Source: Squalus acanthias
Taxonomy: Eukaryota
Direction: 5' to 3'
Length of the DNA stretch: 64,000 nt
Assembly (NCBI GenBank): GCA_030390025.1
Contig: CM059431.1
Location: forward strand, 132,248,001 to 132,312,000
Both the position numbers and the translations under genes were made by a program. Each line of letters opens with the position of its first letter. Position 1 is the first letter of the stretch. Below, in pieces: positions 1 to 13,885 of this stretch. The notes below the pieces were generated by a model. That model had not been told where the DNA came from. It did no database searches and saw only the letters and a list, made by a program, of their open reading frames with translations.

Positions 1-597
1 CCTACTTTTTGCCCTTCAAGGGTGATCTCCATCCCTTGCGCACATCCCCCCTTCCCACCCTACTGCTCCTCCGCAATGGGGCCCCAGTGGCTGCAGCAAG
101 GCTGGTGGAAGGCTGTGCACAAGTGGCGGGAGCACAAGTGGATAGCTGACTATCAGCTGCAGGTGCACTATTACAATGGAGATGTGATGAAGGTAGTAGT
201 AGTATTAGGTCTGAAAGTCGCATCTGATGCTGGTGCATTGAATGCCTTCAGAGCCTGCCTGGGAGGACTTGGTTGCAAAAAAAATTCTCACTCTCTCTCG
301 CTCTCGCTCTCGCTCTCGCTCTCGCTCTCACAGATGCTGCTCATTTTGCATCCAAGTCCTCTCACACCAAAGGCCAGGCAGTGTCTGAAAGCCTTCAATG
401 CAGCAGCAATGATGACATCATCAGAGGCGACTTTCAGACTGAAACCACTAATTGATTCATGGGTTCCCACATGCTGGAACTCAATTGCCCAATTAAGTGA
501 AAATTGCATCAATCTCCCACATCCAATTGCAGTCGGGTGGATAACACGAAAAGTGGATGACACGACCCCAACCCGCCCCAGTATCAAAATCCAGCCC
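1..597. mobile_element. Right part of a non-autonomous Harbinger-type element (left end outside the window)
   Basis: Ends in AAAATCCAGCCC (586-597), the same terminal motif as the other GGSC...TTTT elements here. CR1 sequence begins immediately afterwards. Contains an internal inverted repeat and a (CTCTCG)n tract. Confidence 0.55.
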
Positions 598-2275
598 TTT
601 GTGTCTGTCTTCACAAACGAGAGGGATGATGCAGACATTATAGTTGAGGAGGAGTGTGAAATATAATGGATGAGATAAACATAGTGAGAGAGGAAATATT
701 AAGGGGTTTAATCTTCTTTGAAAGAAGATAACTCACCAGGCCTGGATGAAATTTATCCCAGGCTGTTAAGAGAAGAAATAGCGGAGGGTCTGACCATCAT
801 TTTCCAATCCTCTCCAGCTACAGGTGTGGTGCCGGAGGACTGCTAACGTTGTACCATTGTTTAAAAAGGGAGTAAGGGATTGACTGAGTAATTACAGGCT
901 AGTCAGCCTAACGTCGGTGGTGGGCAAATTATTGGAAAAAATTCTGAGGGACAATATGAATCGTCATTTAGAAAGGCATGGATTAATCAAGGACAGTCTG
1001 CATGAATTTGTTAAGGGAAGGTCATGTCTGACTAACTTGATTGAAATTTTTGAGGAGGTAACAAGGAGGGTCGATGAGGGTACGGCATTTGATGTAGTTT
1101 ACATGGATGTTAGCAAGGCTTTTGACAAGGTCCCACATGGCAGATTGGTCAGAAAAGTAAAAGCCCATGGGATCCAAGGGAAAGTGGCAAGTTGGATCCA
1201 AAATTGGCTCAGTGGCAGGAAGCAAAGGGTAATGGTTGACGGGTGTTTTTGTGACTGGAAGGCTGTTTCCAGTGGGGTTCCACAGGGCTCAGTACTAGGT
1301 CCCTTGCTTTTTGTGGTATACATCAATGTATACCACAAATGATTAAGAAGTTTGCATGTGATACAAAAATTGGCCGTGTGGTTGATAGTGAGGAAGAAAG
1401 CTGTAGGCTGCAGGAAGATATCAATGGACTGGTCAGGTGGGCAGAAAAGTGGCAAATAGAATTCAATCCGAAGAAGTGTGAGGTAATGCATTTGGGGAGG
1501 GCTAATAAAGCAAGGGAATACACAATAAATGGTAGGATACTGAGATGTGCAGAGGAACAGAGGGACCTTGTCGTGCATGTCCACATATCCCTGAAGGTAG
1601 CAGGACAGGTAGATAAGGTGGTTAAGAAGGCATATGGGATACTTTGCTTTTTTTGCCGAGGCATAGAATATAAGAACAATGAGGTTATGCTTGAACTGTA
1701 TAAAACACTAGTTAAGCCACAGCTAGAGTACTGCGTACAGTTCTGGTCACCACATTACAGGAAAGATGTGATTGCACTAGAGAGGGTACAGAGGAGATTT
1801 ACAAGGATGTTGCCAGGACTGGAGAATTTTAGCTATCAGGAAAGATTGGATGAGCTGGGGTTGTTTTCTTTGGAACAGAGGAAGCTGATGGGAGACTTAA
1901 TTGAGGTGTATAAAATTATGAGGGACCTAGATAGAGTGGATAGGAAGGACCTATTTCCCATAGCAGAGAGGTCAATAACCAGGGGGCATAGATTTAAAGT
2001 AATTGAAAGCAGGATTAGAGGGAAGTTGAGGAGAGCTTTTTTCACCCAGAGAGTGGTGGGGTCTGAAACTCACTGCCTGAAAGGGTGGTAGAGGCAGAAA
2101 CCCTCATCGGATTTAAAAATTACTTGGATATGCACTTGAAGTGCCGTAACCTACTAGGCTATGGACCAAGAGCTGGAAAGTGGGATTAGGCGGGATAGCT
2201 CTTTTTCAGCCGGCACAGACATGATGGGCCAAATGGCCTCTTTCTGTGCTGTAAATTTCTATGATTCTATGATTC
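598..2275 (+). mobile_element. CR1 LINE 3' fragment, degenerate ORF2 reverse transcriptase
   Basis: ORFs 917-1342 and 1339-2091 carry CR1 RT motifs (SCLTNL, KAFDKVPH, GVPQGSVLGP, KFA(C)DTK, LEYCVQFWSP). Ends in a (TTCTATGA)n tail. Confidence 0.93.
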
Positions 2276-2344
2276 AAAGCACAAGCCTTACTGGGTTTTG
2301 TTTTCTGTGACTAATAGATCAGTTTCAGAATCTTGCAGGATTTC

Positions 2345-3875
2345 CGTTCCCTAGCCTCTGACTCCATCCCTCTCCCAGCATCTGTCTGAGGCTGAACCAG
2401 ACTGTTCGCAACCTTGTGTCATATTTGACCCTGAAATGAGCTTCTGACCACATATCCGCGGCATAACTAAGACCGCCTATTTCCACCTCCATAACATTGC
2501 CCGTCTCCGCCCCTGCCTCAGCTCATCTGCTGCTGAAACTCTCATCCATGTCTTTGTTACCTCTAGACTTGACTATTCTAATGTACTCCTGGCTGACCTC
2601 CCACACTCTACCCTACGTAAACTTGAGGTCATCTGTAAGCCATTCTCTTACTACTGTTCAGACCTCGAGAATTATGAATAAGCGTAACAATGACAGATAA
2701 GGAATGTGATCAATAAAATTGGTCTTTATTCACACTACAGTTCAAAATTCAAGTGTACATTCTCTCGCAATCAATATGCTCCCAATTTACCGTACATAAA
2801 AGTACCTCCCCAGCAACTTATCCCAAGTCAACCATACATAAAAGTACCCTTTAACAATATCTAAGCTCTATGTCCAACTTTTATACTTATTTCTTTATCT
2901 CTGGGTGATCGGTCCAGAAAAGTCGTAAGTCGCAAACATAGACTGGCCAGCTTTCTTTGTTCATCTGTTCTTCATTCTTCTTTCAGAATTTCCTGCCTCT
3001 GGGTCACTTCTTTTATAGGGCCTTTCTGCTGGCCCCACTCGTATATCACCATCTGCCTTCCCTCTGATAGGTCGGTTTCACTCCAAACATTCCCTGATTG
3101 GAGTTCCTTCTGCATGACACATTCATGTTCCTGTGATGTATGTGGGGGCGGGACTTCCTCTTCAACCCGTGTCTCTCCTTCCTGTCCATGTGGTCTTACA
3201 AACAAAGGACCATCTTGACCACCAAACAAAGGACCCCCTGCTGACTTCCGCCATTTTGTGTATTCACAAGCAAAGAACACATGCTGACTACCTACATTTT
3301 GAGTCCGTCCGTAACCACTTCACAATTCGTTCTGAACTTCGATCTCCACACGGTAGCAGCGGTTTTATTACAGTTTTCAGAATCTTACACATCCAAAACT
3401 CAGCTGCCCGTGTGCTAACTCGCATCAAGTCACGTTCACCCATCACCCCTGTGCTCACTGACCTACATTGGCTCCCGGGTTAAGCAACGCCTCGATTTCA
3501 AAATTCTCGTCCTTGTTTTCAAATCCCTCCATCGCCTAGTCCCTCCCTATCTCTGTAATCTCCTCCAGCCCCACAACCCCCTGAGATATCTGCACTCTTT
3601 TAATTCTGCCCTCCTGAGCATCCCTGATTATAATCGCTCAACCATTGGTGGCCGTGCCTTCTGTTGCCTCGGCCCCAAGCTCTGGAATTCCCTGCCTAAA
3701 CCTCTCTGCCTCTCTACCTCTCTTTCCTCCTTTAAGACGCTCCTTAAAACCTACCTCTTTGACCAAGCTAATTTTTCCTTATGTGGCTCGGTGTCAAATT
3801 TTTGTCTTATCATACTCCCGTGAAGCGCCTTGGGACATTTTACTACATTAATATGTAAATACAAGTTGTTGTTTT
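2345..3875 (+). mobile_element. L2-type LINE 3' fragment interrupted by a solo LTR
   Basis: Encodes IQNSAARVLT...ITPVLTDLHWLP, typical of the L2 ORF2 C-terminus. Has the 3' tail TGAAGCGCCTTGGGAC...AAATACAAGTTGTTG. The sequence is colinear across the 2634-3389 insertion. Confidence 0.8.
2634..3389 (-). mobile_element. Solo LTR (756 bp) with a 4-bp TSD
   Basis: TGTAAG...CTTACA inverted termini, flanked by CATC (2630-2633 and 3390-3393). Minus-strand TATAAAA near 3011-3017 and AATAAA near 2724-2729. Confidence 0.85.
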
Positions 3876-4705
3876 TGTTTTAAAGAAGGATTTGTGTTGT
3901 AATATTTTAAAAATGCAGAGAAGAATGTGGTGATGAGAGATTTGCAAGTTTCAGATAAAAGAGAAAGATGTACAATCTACAATGACTTTGTTGTGCAAAA
4001 AATTAAAAGTGATGCTTTAGTCATACTTATTTCCATTTAACTAGTTGTCCTTTTTATGAAAGCTTCTCTTGATGGTACTGAGATGTACATTATACAGGCA
4101 TCACCGGACATGTTGTTCTGACTGTCCGCTTCATAAAATACAAGCTACGTGATACAAGTGTTACCATTATCCAGTAAATATTTCTATTTGTAACATTTGG
4201 CTTGCTGTTATTTTTTTCTGACTGGTAAACTATACAATAGGTAGACTAGGCTCGGAATATGCACTGCCTTTGATGTACCATTTCATAATACAATTGAAAG
4301 CCAAGAAAATTGGATCATGTGCCAGTGGCAAACATAGATTTCTGATTGTAACCATGATCCTGACACATGCAGCATTAGTGTTTCCCCCTAGTTCTCATTT
4401 GTATGCTGGAATACACACGGAGCATTATTGCCTCTTCTGCTCCCTGGATTTGGAAGAAAATCGAAGCAGTGCTACGTGAGTCTGGAGTTGTTTTGCTGCT
4501 TATGTGCAAAGAGGTTTCGTACAAATATCCGACTGTGGAGAATTATTCCCAGTGCATGATAGAAAATAAGAAAGTTCCACTCTGTTAACCTCTTTTCCTC
4601 TGGAAAAAAGTAACTCAGTTTGACACGGCAATTGTATCACAGAATCAAATACCATTCAATTTTTCCCATTTTGCTCCGTGCCCTGCCTTCCAACCTCAGT
4701 CCTAA

Positions 4706-5044
<339 letters not shown>

Positions 5045-7967
5045 TAGAAGTCTCAGCTTAAACAAAGCTGCAGCACCTCTTTTGGCTATTAATTCTTCAC
5101 AAACTCTGCTCCAAAATGCACCCGTCTGCATTGAAGAGTCACTTTAATGTAATTCAATTATGCCAGAAAACGGCCGGTGCCACCACAGGCTGAGGCTAAT
5201 GGCCGCCCGCAAAAAGAGCGCGGCAGCACCGGTATTTTGGTGGTGCCTGCTGATTTACATGAGCAGAGTGGAGAATCTCTTGTGCAACACGCTCTTTCCA
5301 GCGCTATCCTCAGTACCCCACCAACCTTTCTAGATAGGCACTGCTCAAGTGTTTCCTGCTGGGAGAACAATACCAGCTCCCCCCACCCCCCACTGTATTA
5401 TGGGTTAGAACAAGGGTTCATATCCAAATTTCACATCATCACAACTTCATAGGCCATTAGGGAAGTGCTGAGTAAAGAGAGGATCCCCAATTAGAGGGAG
5501 GAGAAATTAAATTAAAGTGTCCCTTCAGCCGCAGCTTGCAACCCTCTTCAAAGGCATTTGCAAAGTAATATTGACAAAGGCCCTGAACATATCACCTATC
5601 TGCCTTTGGGAAACAAAACATGACCAGGGACACAAATCAGGAGAGAAAATAACAGAGAAATGTGTTTTTTTATATGTAATTGGTGATGTTCTGAATATTT
5701 AGTCTGTGCAGTGCTGTCTACATGTTTAGTTACAGTGAAACCTGTCCTTCAGATTCCCTTGATTAAATTCAACTCTAATCCTTTAGGCTTTTCTGACAAG
5801 ACAACTATAATAGTATTTACAAGAGTGTGTCAGTGAAGTAATAATGGGAAGAAATTCCAAATATCAAGGAACAAAATGAAAACAAGTAGTCAACGTCTGT
5901 CTGACTTTTTGTTATCTTTCAGCAGTACATCGTTAAGCAGATGTAGCTAGCTAACAAACTAAACGCTTTTTTGACGCTAGCACTGTGCAACCAGTTTCTT
6001 TCTCCTACTGGTAAAGCTGTCTTCTTTATCCTGAAGGAGAATTGCAGCAGCTGAGCGAATGTCACCAATCTGGCTATTTCCCATCCGCCTCAAGCCCATC
6101 AATTCTTCTATGTACTGCAATTGGAGTGATTTGCGAACGAGTTACCATCTCCACATTACTAAAGAACTGATCAAAGGAAACATTTTTCTAAAGTTTGAGG
6201 AAAGGAGAGTACAGTCATGCTGTATATATGCATATATCGGTGTGTGGCTCATGGCTGGTACATGCAAATTTGAAAAATAAATGACTTAACAAAAACTTTT
6301 ATAAAAAGGTTTTACTTGGACCAGATGCTCACATCGTTAAGCAACAAATTAGAGCTCCTCAGCAGCTTGCAAGTAGTTCAGTACATTAAACTTTTAATTT
6401 CTGGTGTGTCTTTCCCTTTTGTTTTGCTGCCACTGGCCCTTTGTATCTTCTTTCCTACCTCACTGACTAGTTCCTCAGCTATAATCAAAGATGTATTCTA
6501 TTCCTTTTTGGGATTTGTTTGCTCTGATTCAAAGGTAGAGTTGTGAAAGTGTCTTGAAAGGCATTTTATCTTGTGTATAACTGGAAAGGTCTGTGATTAC
6601 AAGTTCATTGACAGGATTAAATTATCACATCAATGTGCCTGTTTTTACTGAAATTCTGTTCACATCTCTATTTTAACTAAAATTGAGTATGATTAAATAT
6701 TGAAAATGTTTTTGCTGCAGTAGTTATAGTGTCAGCTGCAGCAAAACCTTTCTCAATGGCCAACTTGACTGTAATATGGCAGTGTTTTGGAACAGGTTTC
6801 CTCGGAACAGAAGTTTCTGGAAACTGCCCATTGAGGCAGTAAATTGCCTTTAAAGTTTAGTGACTGGATTTGGTGAATGAATTTACATGAGTTCTGAATA
6901 GGTTCTAGTTATCAAGCTGAGTAACTGGGAAAGCATTTACCTGGCACTGTACTTGTCTGAATTATTCCTTGTAATTTTTGCGTCAGGAGGTATTCCTCAC
7001 AGTGGTGCTTTATTTAATGCATTAGTCTACAAACACACTAAGCTACTGTTTATTTAATGGACAGTTTTCTTGCCATGCCTAAGAAGTCTGATTCACTGGT
7101 TTTAATTAACTGTAGAAACTGAATACAAATACTAAAATATTATTTTCATTAAGAGTTGGTTCCTGATTTTGGCTGCATTGCTGTGAGAAAGTGCAGGATG
7201 GAAGCTCAACTCTTAACCCTAGGGAAAGGGAAAAGTCAGAGTGAAAGTCATCGCTAAGCTCCTGTCATGAGCCTCCTTAAGCTCAGTGGCATTGAGTAGA
7301 GGCCCAGTGACAGGTCTCCCACTCACTTTTCCACTGCAATGGTATGTGACTCAGAGAGTCTAGGGAAAAAGGGGAAGAGAAATAACTTAAATAAGAAGGA
7401 TGTGTACCTCAAAACATATATATATATTTTACCTTAACCAGCCCTGCTCATCTTTACCTGCTCTCAATGTCAGAAACAAATATCAGGCCTTTTGCAGACG
7501 AGTACAGAATACCCAACTCATCTATTGTAAATTTATCTATAAAAAAATCACAATTTAACCCAATCAGTTCAGTTGTACATCACATCTACTTTAGATGGGT
7601 TGTTTTAAAAAAAAAGAAATGGTAGTGACACCGCCATACAGCCAACCATCTGGCAAAAGACTGCCTTCACACCTTCTTGCAGCCATTTTTGCTAACAACT
7701 TAGTTGTGGGTGTAAAGCCAAGTATTTGGTGGCCTGGCAGTGATGGTCAGTCGCCTGTCAATCTTGTAGTAGGTAAATATATCCAGCTCACCTATTGATG
7801 ATGCTCACCTTTGGAATCTAGTTCCTATGGTGGCTGCTCGTGGAACTTCAGAGAATTCAAATTTGGAGCTTTGAAACTAGATTCCAAAGTCAGCATTTTA
7901 TCTGAAGATTCGCTAGAACAATGACTTTATGACGAGATCTTTTTCCATGGATCCCAACTATTAACAC

Positions 7968-8212
7968 GCATGAGGAGAAATTTCTTCAATCAAAGTGTGA
8001 ATCTTTGGAATTCTCTACCCCAGAGGGCTGTGGATGCTCAGTTGTTGAGCATATTCAAGACAGAGATCGATAGATTTTTGAACTCTAAGGGAATCAAGTG
8101 GAATTGAGAGAAGTGGAGTTGAGGTCAAAGATCAGCCATGATCTTATTGAATGACGGAGCAGGCTTGAAGGGCCATATGGTCTACTTCTGCTCCTATTTC
8201 TGATGTTCTTAT
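7968..8212 (+). mobile_element. CR1 3' terminal fragment
   Basis: ATGAGGAGAAATTTCTTC...TGGAATTCTCTACCCCAGAGGGCTG and a 3' UTR matching the end of the CR1 at 32750-33000. Confidence 0.85.
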
Positions 8213-8368
8213 AAAATCATTTACTTTTCAGTGTATTCTTAATGAAAAAGGAAGCTGGTCACTGAAACTAGCTCACTGACCAGAATATTGAGATTCTGCT
8301 ATAGAAAAAGTAATTGGATGAACGAAGATAAGCAATTTGAAACATTTCTATTTGTTTAATTATTGTAG

Positions 8369-8512
8369 GTTTTTCAAGGATGTGGCCAGCCTAAACCAAT
8401 GCCAGCTGGGCGTTTGACACGCTCCATTTCAGATAATTTTAACATAAGGTTCAGGTCCTACAGCCCTGAGGAGCGTCCAACTACAGCAGCTGGCACGAGT
8501 CTGGACAGACTG
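8369..8512 (+). CDS. GPC6: Glypican-6 internal coding exon (equivalent of human exon 6), 144 bp, phase 0 to phase 0; missed by the ORF track
   Basis: TTGTAG acceptor and CTG|GTGAGT donor. Translates [48 protein letters not shown], in frame with the previous exon. Contains the RxxR (RLTR) putative furin site and the [14 protein letters not shown] motif of GPC4/6. Confidence 0.93.
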
Positions 8513-9132
8513 GTGAGTATTCACAAGCCTTTACTGACTGCTTCCTCTATATATGTCTGCATTAGGTGAATTGAACAAATTATTAATGTATCTCTCCCAA
8601 AATGTGCACTAAAAGAATCATCAGCTGCAGTCAAGGAAAACTGGATGTAGTTTTGCCACACTCTTTTTATCCCAGTCACTTGTGGGTTTTGAAGCTTAAA
8701 GATTTCCTCCTCAAACTGGAGCTTCCATTCACTCCCGACGTTTCCACCCGTCCCATTTAAGCTGTTACTGCAGGCTCGTCAAAATCAGTCACCCTATAAG
8801 GAGCATGTTTTGCGCTGGCATTTCACCGTATTAATGTAAATATGTTCCGGCCACAAAACCGGCATGGGCCCCATGCTGACTCCTTCGGATAGGTGCTTGC
8901 CTACGTCCAAAACGAAAATCACCCCCACTGTCTGCAATTACTATGAAAAATCCTCTGTGATAAGGAACACTGTCCCCGAGAAAAGGGACTGATATTTTTG
9001 CTGTTGTGGGAAAAATGTCACCCTGCAGAACATGTTTCTTTATCACCAATGTGCTTTCCCTAGCAACAGCTAAAAGTACTGTAAGTATACTGTTGTTAAC
9101 TACAATGTAAAATATCTTGTTTAAGAACCTAA

Positions 9133-9664
9133 GGGGTAAAAATTGGGTAGTGCCCCGAAAACGTTAGCGCCTGCGGCCGATTTTTCGAGGTAGCGCCGCG
9201 GTACTGCAGGACTTCCTCCCCTTATTAAAGGGGAGAGGCCTGGTGCAGCACGTCCCGGTGCCCAGCTGGGCCACCAGGGATCGGGAGTGCTGGCAAACGA
9301 GCCCAGCACTCAAGAGGAGTGCCGGGCTCACGGAGAGCAGCCGGCACCCCGCGGAGGGGCTTCACGGGGGCCGGGGACAGCAACGGGGGCAGGTGCTGGC
9401 AGGTGGCCAGCAACAAAAATGGCCACCCACCACCTCCCCTTTAACTAGTGCCGCCCCGGCCGCAGGTAGGCCCCCCTGACCCCGGCGGACATAGCGTCCA
9501 GCGGTAAGTCGGGGGGCGCCACCCAATGTTACAGCCGCTGAATTTCGTGGGAGGCATTTGTGGCGCCGCGCCCAGGCGCTAGTTGATTTGCACCCGGTTA
9601 GCGCCCTAACCCTAACCCTCTTAGGGTGCTAACGGGAGGTGCAAATCAACCGAATTTAGCCCCC
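9133..9664. mobile_element. Harbinger-type MITE, GC-rich
   Basis: Imperfect TIRs GGGGTAAAAATT / AATTTAGCCCCC, flanked by a TAA TSD (9130-9132 and 9665-9667). Confidence 0.75.
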
Positions 9665-11019
9665 TAAAGGTTTATAGTCTAGAAATGACTGTTGGTGATA
9701 TCAGCATACTTATGCTTAACAAATTCATGACGTTCCTCTGTTCATTATTTTTACACATTTTAATTAAGTTAACACCACTGATAAAATAACAAAGAGGACT
9801 GTGATGTAAATGCATTGAACATGTCCCATAATATCACCAACATATTAATCGAATTGGCAACTGAAAGAGTCAGTCCCTGTGACAGTTTAGTTGCCACAAA
9901 TGACATGCACTCCCTTCACTACTTGTTATTGATGCTTGACTTTGTTTAAGAATGATGTAAACTAATTTAAGATAAACTGTTAGTTGTACTGCAGGAAGCA
10001 TATGCCACATTTTCTGGGCTCATGAGAACTACTTTGTGATGTTACTATGGGAAAATCCAGTGAGATCTTGAGAAGAGTTGAATCTGGCTAAATTTGTGAA
10101 AATGAGTTTTGTGTTCATTGCGCATGCAAAGTACAATATGACATTTTTAACAAGATACAGTGATAATAAAATGTTAAAAGGATTCTTGGTTTAAAGGATA
10201 AGAAACTCATTGACTGCATTATTTTCTGATAATAAACTGGGGATTACCTTTTGATAAATTTGAGGTGATTACATGATGATTGTTAGTCCAGCTGCAGATA
10301 CCCTAGTGATTTCAGATGTTCATTATGGATTGCTTGGGCTTTGCTCCATGGTTTATCCAAGTCCTTTGATAAGATTATTGCTTCATAATCACACTTGAGT
10401 ATTCATAATACTTATATTATGTCTTGGGGAAAAAAAGGACCTATTTTCTTACATTGTATAATATCATAGTGCTCATTATGAATATTCATGGAGCCTCCTC
10501 CTCCCGTTGTTTAATGGTTCACCACCATTCACGACTGGATGTGGCAGGACTGCAGAGCTTTGATCTGATCCGTTGATTGTGGGATAGCTTAGCCCTGTCT
10601 ATAGCATGCTGCTTCCGCTTTTTAGCTTGCATGTAGTCCTGTGTTGCAGCTTCCCCAGGTTGGCACCTCATCCCCCCAATTGGTTGCCATCAATTCATGT
10701 CTTCCCGTTCATCATCACACAACTGAAAAGGCCACTTGCCAGCCAGCAACCAAGAATGGGCAAGGCGGAAAAGTGGTGCAAAAGAATAATATTTATGTGC
10801 TTCAAAAACACAACAGAAACTTAATAATATAACAATGTCTAACACACCCATGAGCATACCATTGTGCAACCACAAATCTTTACTCTTCCTTTTCCCAGCG
10901 CTTCTCCATGGTGCAACCCCTATGGCTTCAGCAGAGGTAGAGTCAGGCTGTTCAAATACCTGCTCTGATTGTTGAGTTGCTCTTGGCCATAAAATGCAAA
11001 TAGTATTCAGAATTTTATG

Positions 11020-12440
11020 TATGGGGACTTTGAACATAAGAGCAAAGAAGTGATATCAAATTTGTACAGGGTATTGGTCAGGTCACAGTTAATATATTGC
11101 ATGCAGTACCAGACACCCAGAACAGGAAGGATAATAAAGTCACGTAAAAGCTACAGTGAATATTCACAAGAATAATACCAAAGGTTATAGTTATGAAGAA
11201 AGGCTGAAAAAAATTGGCGCTGTTTGCACTGGAACAGAAAGGGTTACAGGGAATCTAATAAAGGCACTCAAACTTCTGAAAGTTATGAGGGGGTAAATAA
11301 TGAAATATTGTTCCAATTGGTTGGCAAGTAAGTAACAAAGGGATATAGACTCAGGATTATCACTAGGAGGGAATTAAATTACATTTTTCACAACAGATAT
11401 CATGGAACTCTGTACCACAAGTGGCTATTGAGGCAAATATTGTAACACCATTTGAAAAGAAAGAATATAAATGGATGCAGAAAAAGGGCAGGAAAATGGG
11501 ATTAGAACTTATGCTCATACAAAAATGACGGACACTGGTCCATCTAGCCTATCCCATATAATTGTGATGCCAAGTGCATCATAATACAGACACTCCCCAC
11601 CCATCCAGAGAGACAAAAACCCGAGCCAATTAGGGAAAAAAATCTGGAAATTCCTCTCCAACCACTTTAGGCTATCAAAACTAGTTCAGGAGATCACATA
11701 GACCCTAATTTAAATTTCAGGATAACTACCTCTTGTACAAAGTGATCTCTGCCCCGGACAGAAACATGTCCAGCTCTCTATTGAATGAATACAGAGAATC
11801 AGCATTCACCGCATGAACCGGCAACCTGTTTCACAGGTCCACTATTCTCTGGGAAAAGAAGAACTGCCCAACCTGGTTCTGCCCTCAAATAACTTGTAAA
11901 CATGACCCTTGGTCCTCCATGTTGAAATAATTGGTCCACATAGATACAATCTAGTCCCGTCATTATTTTATAAAGCTCGATCAAATCGCCCCGAGTCTAC
12001 ACATTTCTAAAGTATACAGACCCAGCACGTTGAGCCTATCTGAATTACTAAGGTGTTTTAAACTGGGAATTAGTCTTGTGACCCTCCACTGCACCATTTC
12101 TGAGCTATATACCCCACCATGTGAGAATACCAAAACGGGACACAGTATTCTAACTGAGACCTAACCAAGGTCTTGCACAAGGACAAAATGGTATGCTTTG
12201 TTTTGTAGTGAATTGTCCTGTGAATGCAACCTAGAACTCTGTTTTCCTTAGCTATAGATCCATGGCATTGGTCATGAACCTTTAGCGGGTGATGCACTGA
12301 AAGATCCAGATCTCTTTCTTTCACCAGTGGCTTTAGTTTTCTTCTTTGTAGGGTGTAAGTATATTCAGCACTTGATCTGTCCACAGCCATAACACTACTC
12401 CTTTCTAAGTTAACCATCATTTGCCAAACACAGCTCATTC
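11020..12440. mobile_element. Two old CR1 fragments tail-to-tail (+ about 11020-11510; - about 11520-12440)
   Basis: Degenerate CR1 ORF2 motifs. Minus-strand ORF 12070-12438 contains ERDLDLSVH...KTLVRSQLEYCVPFW. Confidence 0.7.
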
Positions 12441-12999
12441 TTCCAACACATTAAGAATAGATATCTCCATTTGAAGAGTGAGTACTGACACAGCTTGATG
12501 GGCAGAATGGCTTTTTTATAATTTCTATGGCTCTAAGAAATCTGGGTTTGGATATGGGAGCTAGATTTAACAGTGTAAATGCCAGGAACTGGCTCATGGA
12601 CCCAGGTTCCTGGTATACAAACTAAATGAGCACCATATAAAAGTGTCTTTAGAATAATTTATTCAGTTTTGGTCAACATGCCACAAAAAGATATTCTTGC
12701 ACTGATAGAGTACAGAAAAAAGTTGTACGGGAAGGTTAGAGAAGCTTAAGCTTTACAGGCTAGAAAGAAGACAATTATATTCCGAGAAGTAAGACCAAAG
12801 GACATAAATGGAAATAGTGAAAAGTAAATTGCGCACAGATAGCAGGAAAAAATTCTTTACGCAAAGAATGATAAATGAGGGATGAATTTTAATGAGCTTA
12901 AGTGAGCTTTTCTCATCCCTGGCTCTTCTTGTTTTCTTGAGATCTAGATGAGCCTTAACTTCCTCCACCTAAATGTCAGCAAATCACAGCCATCCTCTT

Positions 13000-13580
13000 G
13001 GCTCCCACAAACACGTGTCTCCAGTCCCAGCTGCCACTTCAGGCTAAACCCAGAGGTATGGAACCTTAGCATTCTGCTTGACCCCAGCATCCTCCATTAC
13101 ATCTAATCAGTTCCCAAGGCCACCCCTTTCCACCTCCAAGACATTGCCTATCACCACCCCTGCCTTCCCCTCTCCACTGTTGAAACCCTTACCAATGGTT
13201 TAATAACTTGACACTCAATTTCTCCAGTGCTATCTGTGCCAGAATCCCCACTTCTATGTTCCACGACCTACCCCTTCATTCTTGCTAAGATCCATGGATC
13301 TCTGTACTCCAGCAAATTGACTTCAAGATCCCCATCCTAATGTTCAAATTTCTCCATTGCCTCACTTCTCCCTGCATCAGCAATCTCTTCCAGCCATGCA
13401 TCCTTACACACAACTTCTGCTCATCTAACAGTGACTTAGCGCCATGTTCCCTGCTTCAAACACCCGCTCCTTCAGCCACTATTCTCCTCCCCCCGGAACT
13501 CCTTTTTTGAACACATTACCTTGTCAACTCCCTCTCTGCTTGCAAGAACCTCTTAAAGACGCTTATCTTCAGCCATGTTT
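13000..13580 (+). mobile_element. Highly degenerate L2 fragment
   Basis: Visible similarity to the L2 copy at 2345-3875 (aaccttagc...tgacccc, ttccacctcc, ttgacttcaagat). Confidence 0.55.
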
Positions 13581-13721
13581 CATAAAATATAGGAACAGAA
13601 GTAAGCCAGATAGCCCTTTGAGCCTGTTCTGTCAGTCCATGGCTGATCTGTACCTCAACTCCATTTACTCGCCTTTGATCCATATCCCTGGCTGTTTCCC
13701 CCTCCCCCAACTACTGTCAAC

Positions 13722-13885
13722 CAACGTTCCCATTAAGCTGCACGGCCGTGCAGTGGTCTGGAGGTCCCGCACAGGCCGCTCACTGGCTTTTACATGGGAG
13801 AAACCGCACATGTGCGAGAATTTAAATGGGCTGCGCAGCCAGTTAAAGGGGCTGCGCACCAAAAAAAAAATTACAGGGAACATTG
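13722..13885. mobile_element. hAT-type MITE (about 164 bp)
   Basis: TIRs CAACGTTCCC / GGGAACATTG with a degenerate 8-bp TSD (CTGTCAAC / CTCTTAAC). Reverse-orientation homolog of 53462-53628. Confidence 0.75.

Noticed and set aside
22..666. 214-aa ORF as a novel gene
   Set aside because: It crosses a MITE, a microsatellite and a CR1 boundary, has no domain, and is a chance open frame.
9597..9633. Telomeric repeat (CCCTAA)n
   Set aside because: Only about two units, forming part of a MITE subterminal hairpin (GTTAGCGCCCTAA...TTAGGGTGCTAAC).
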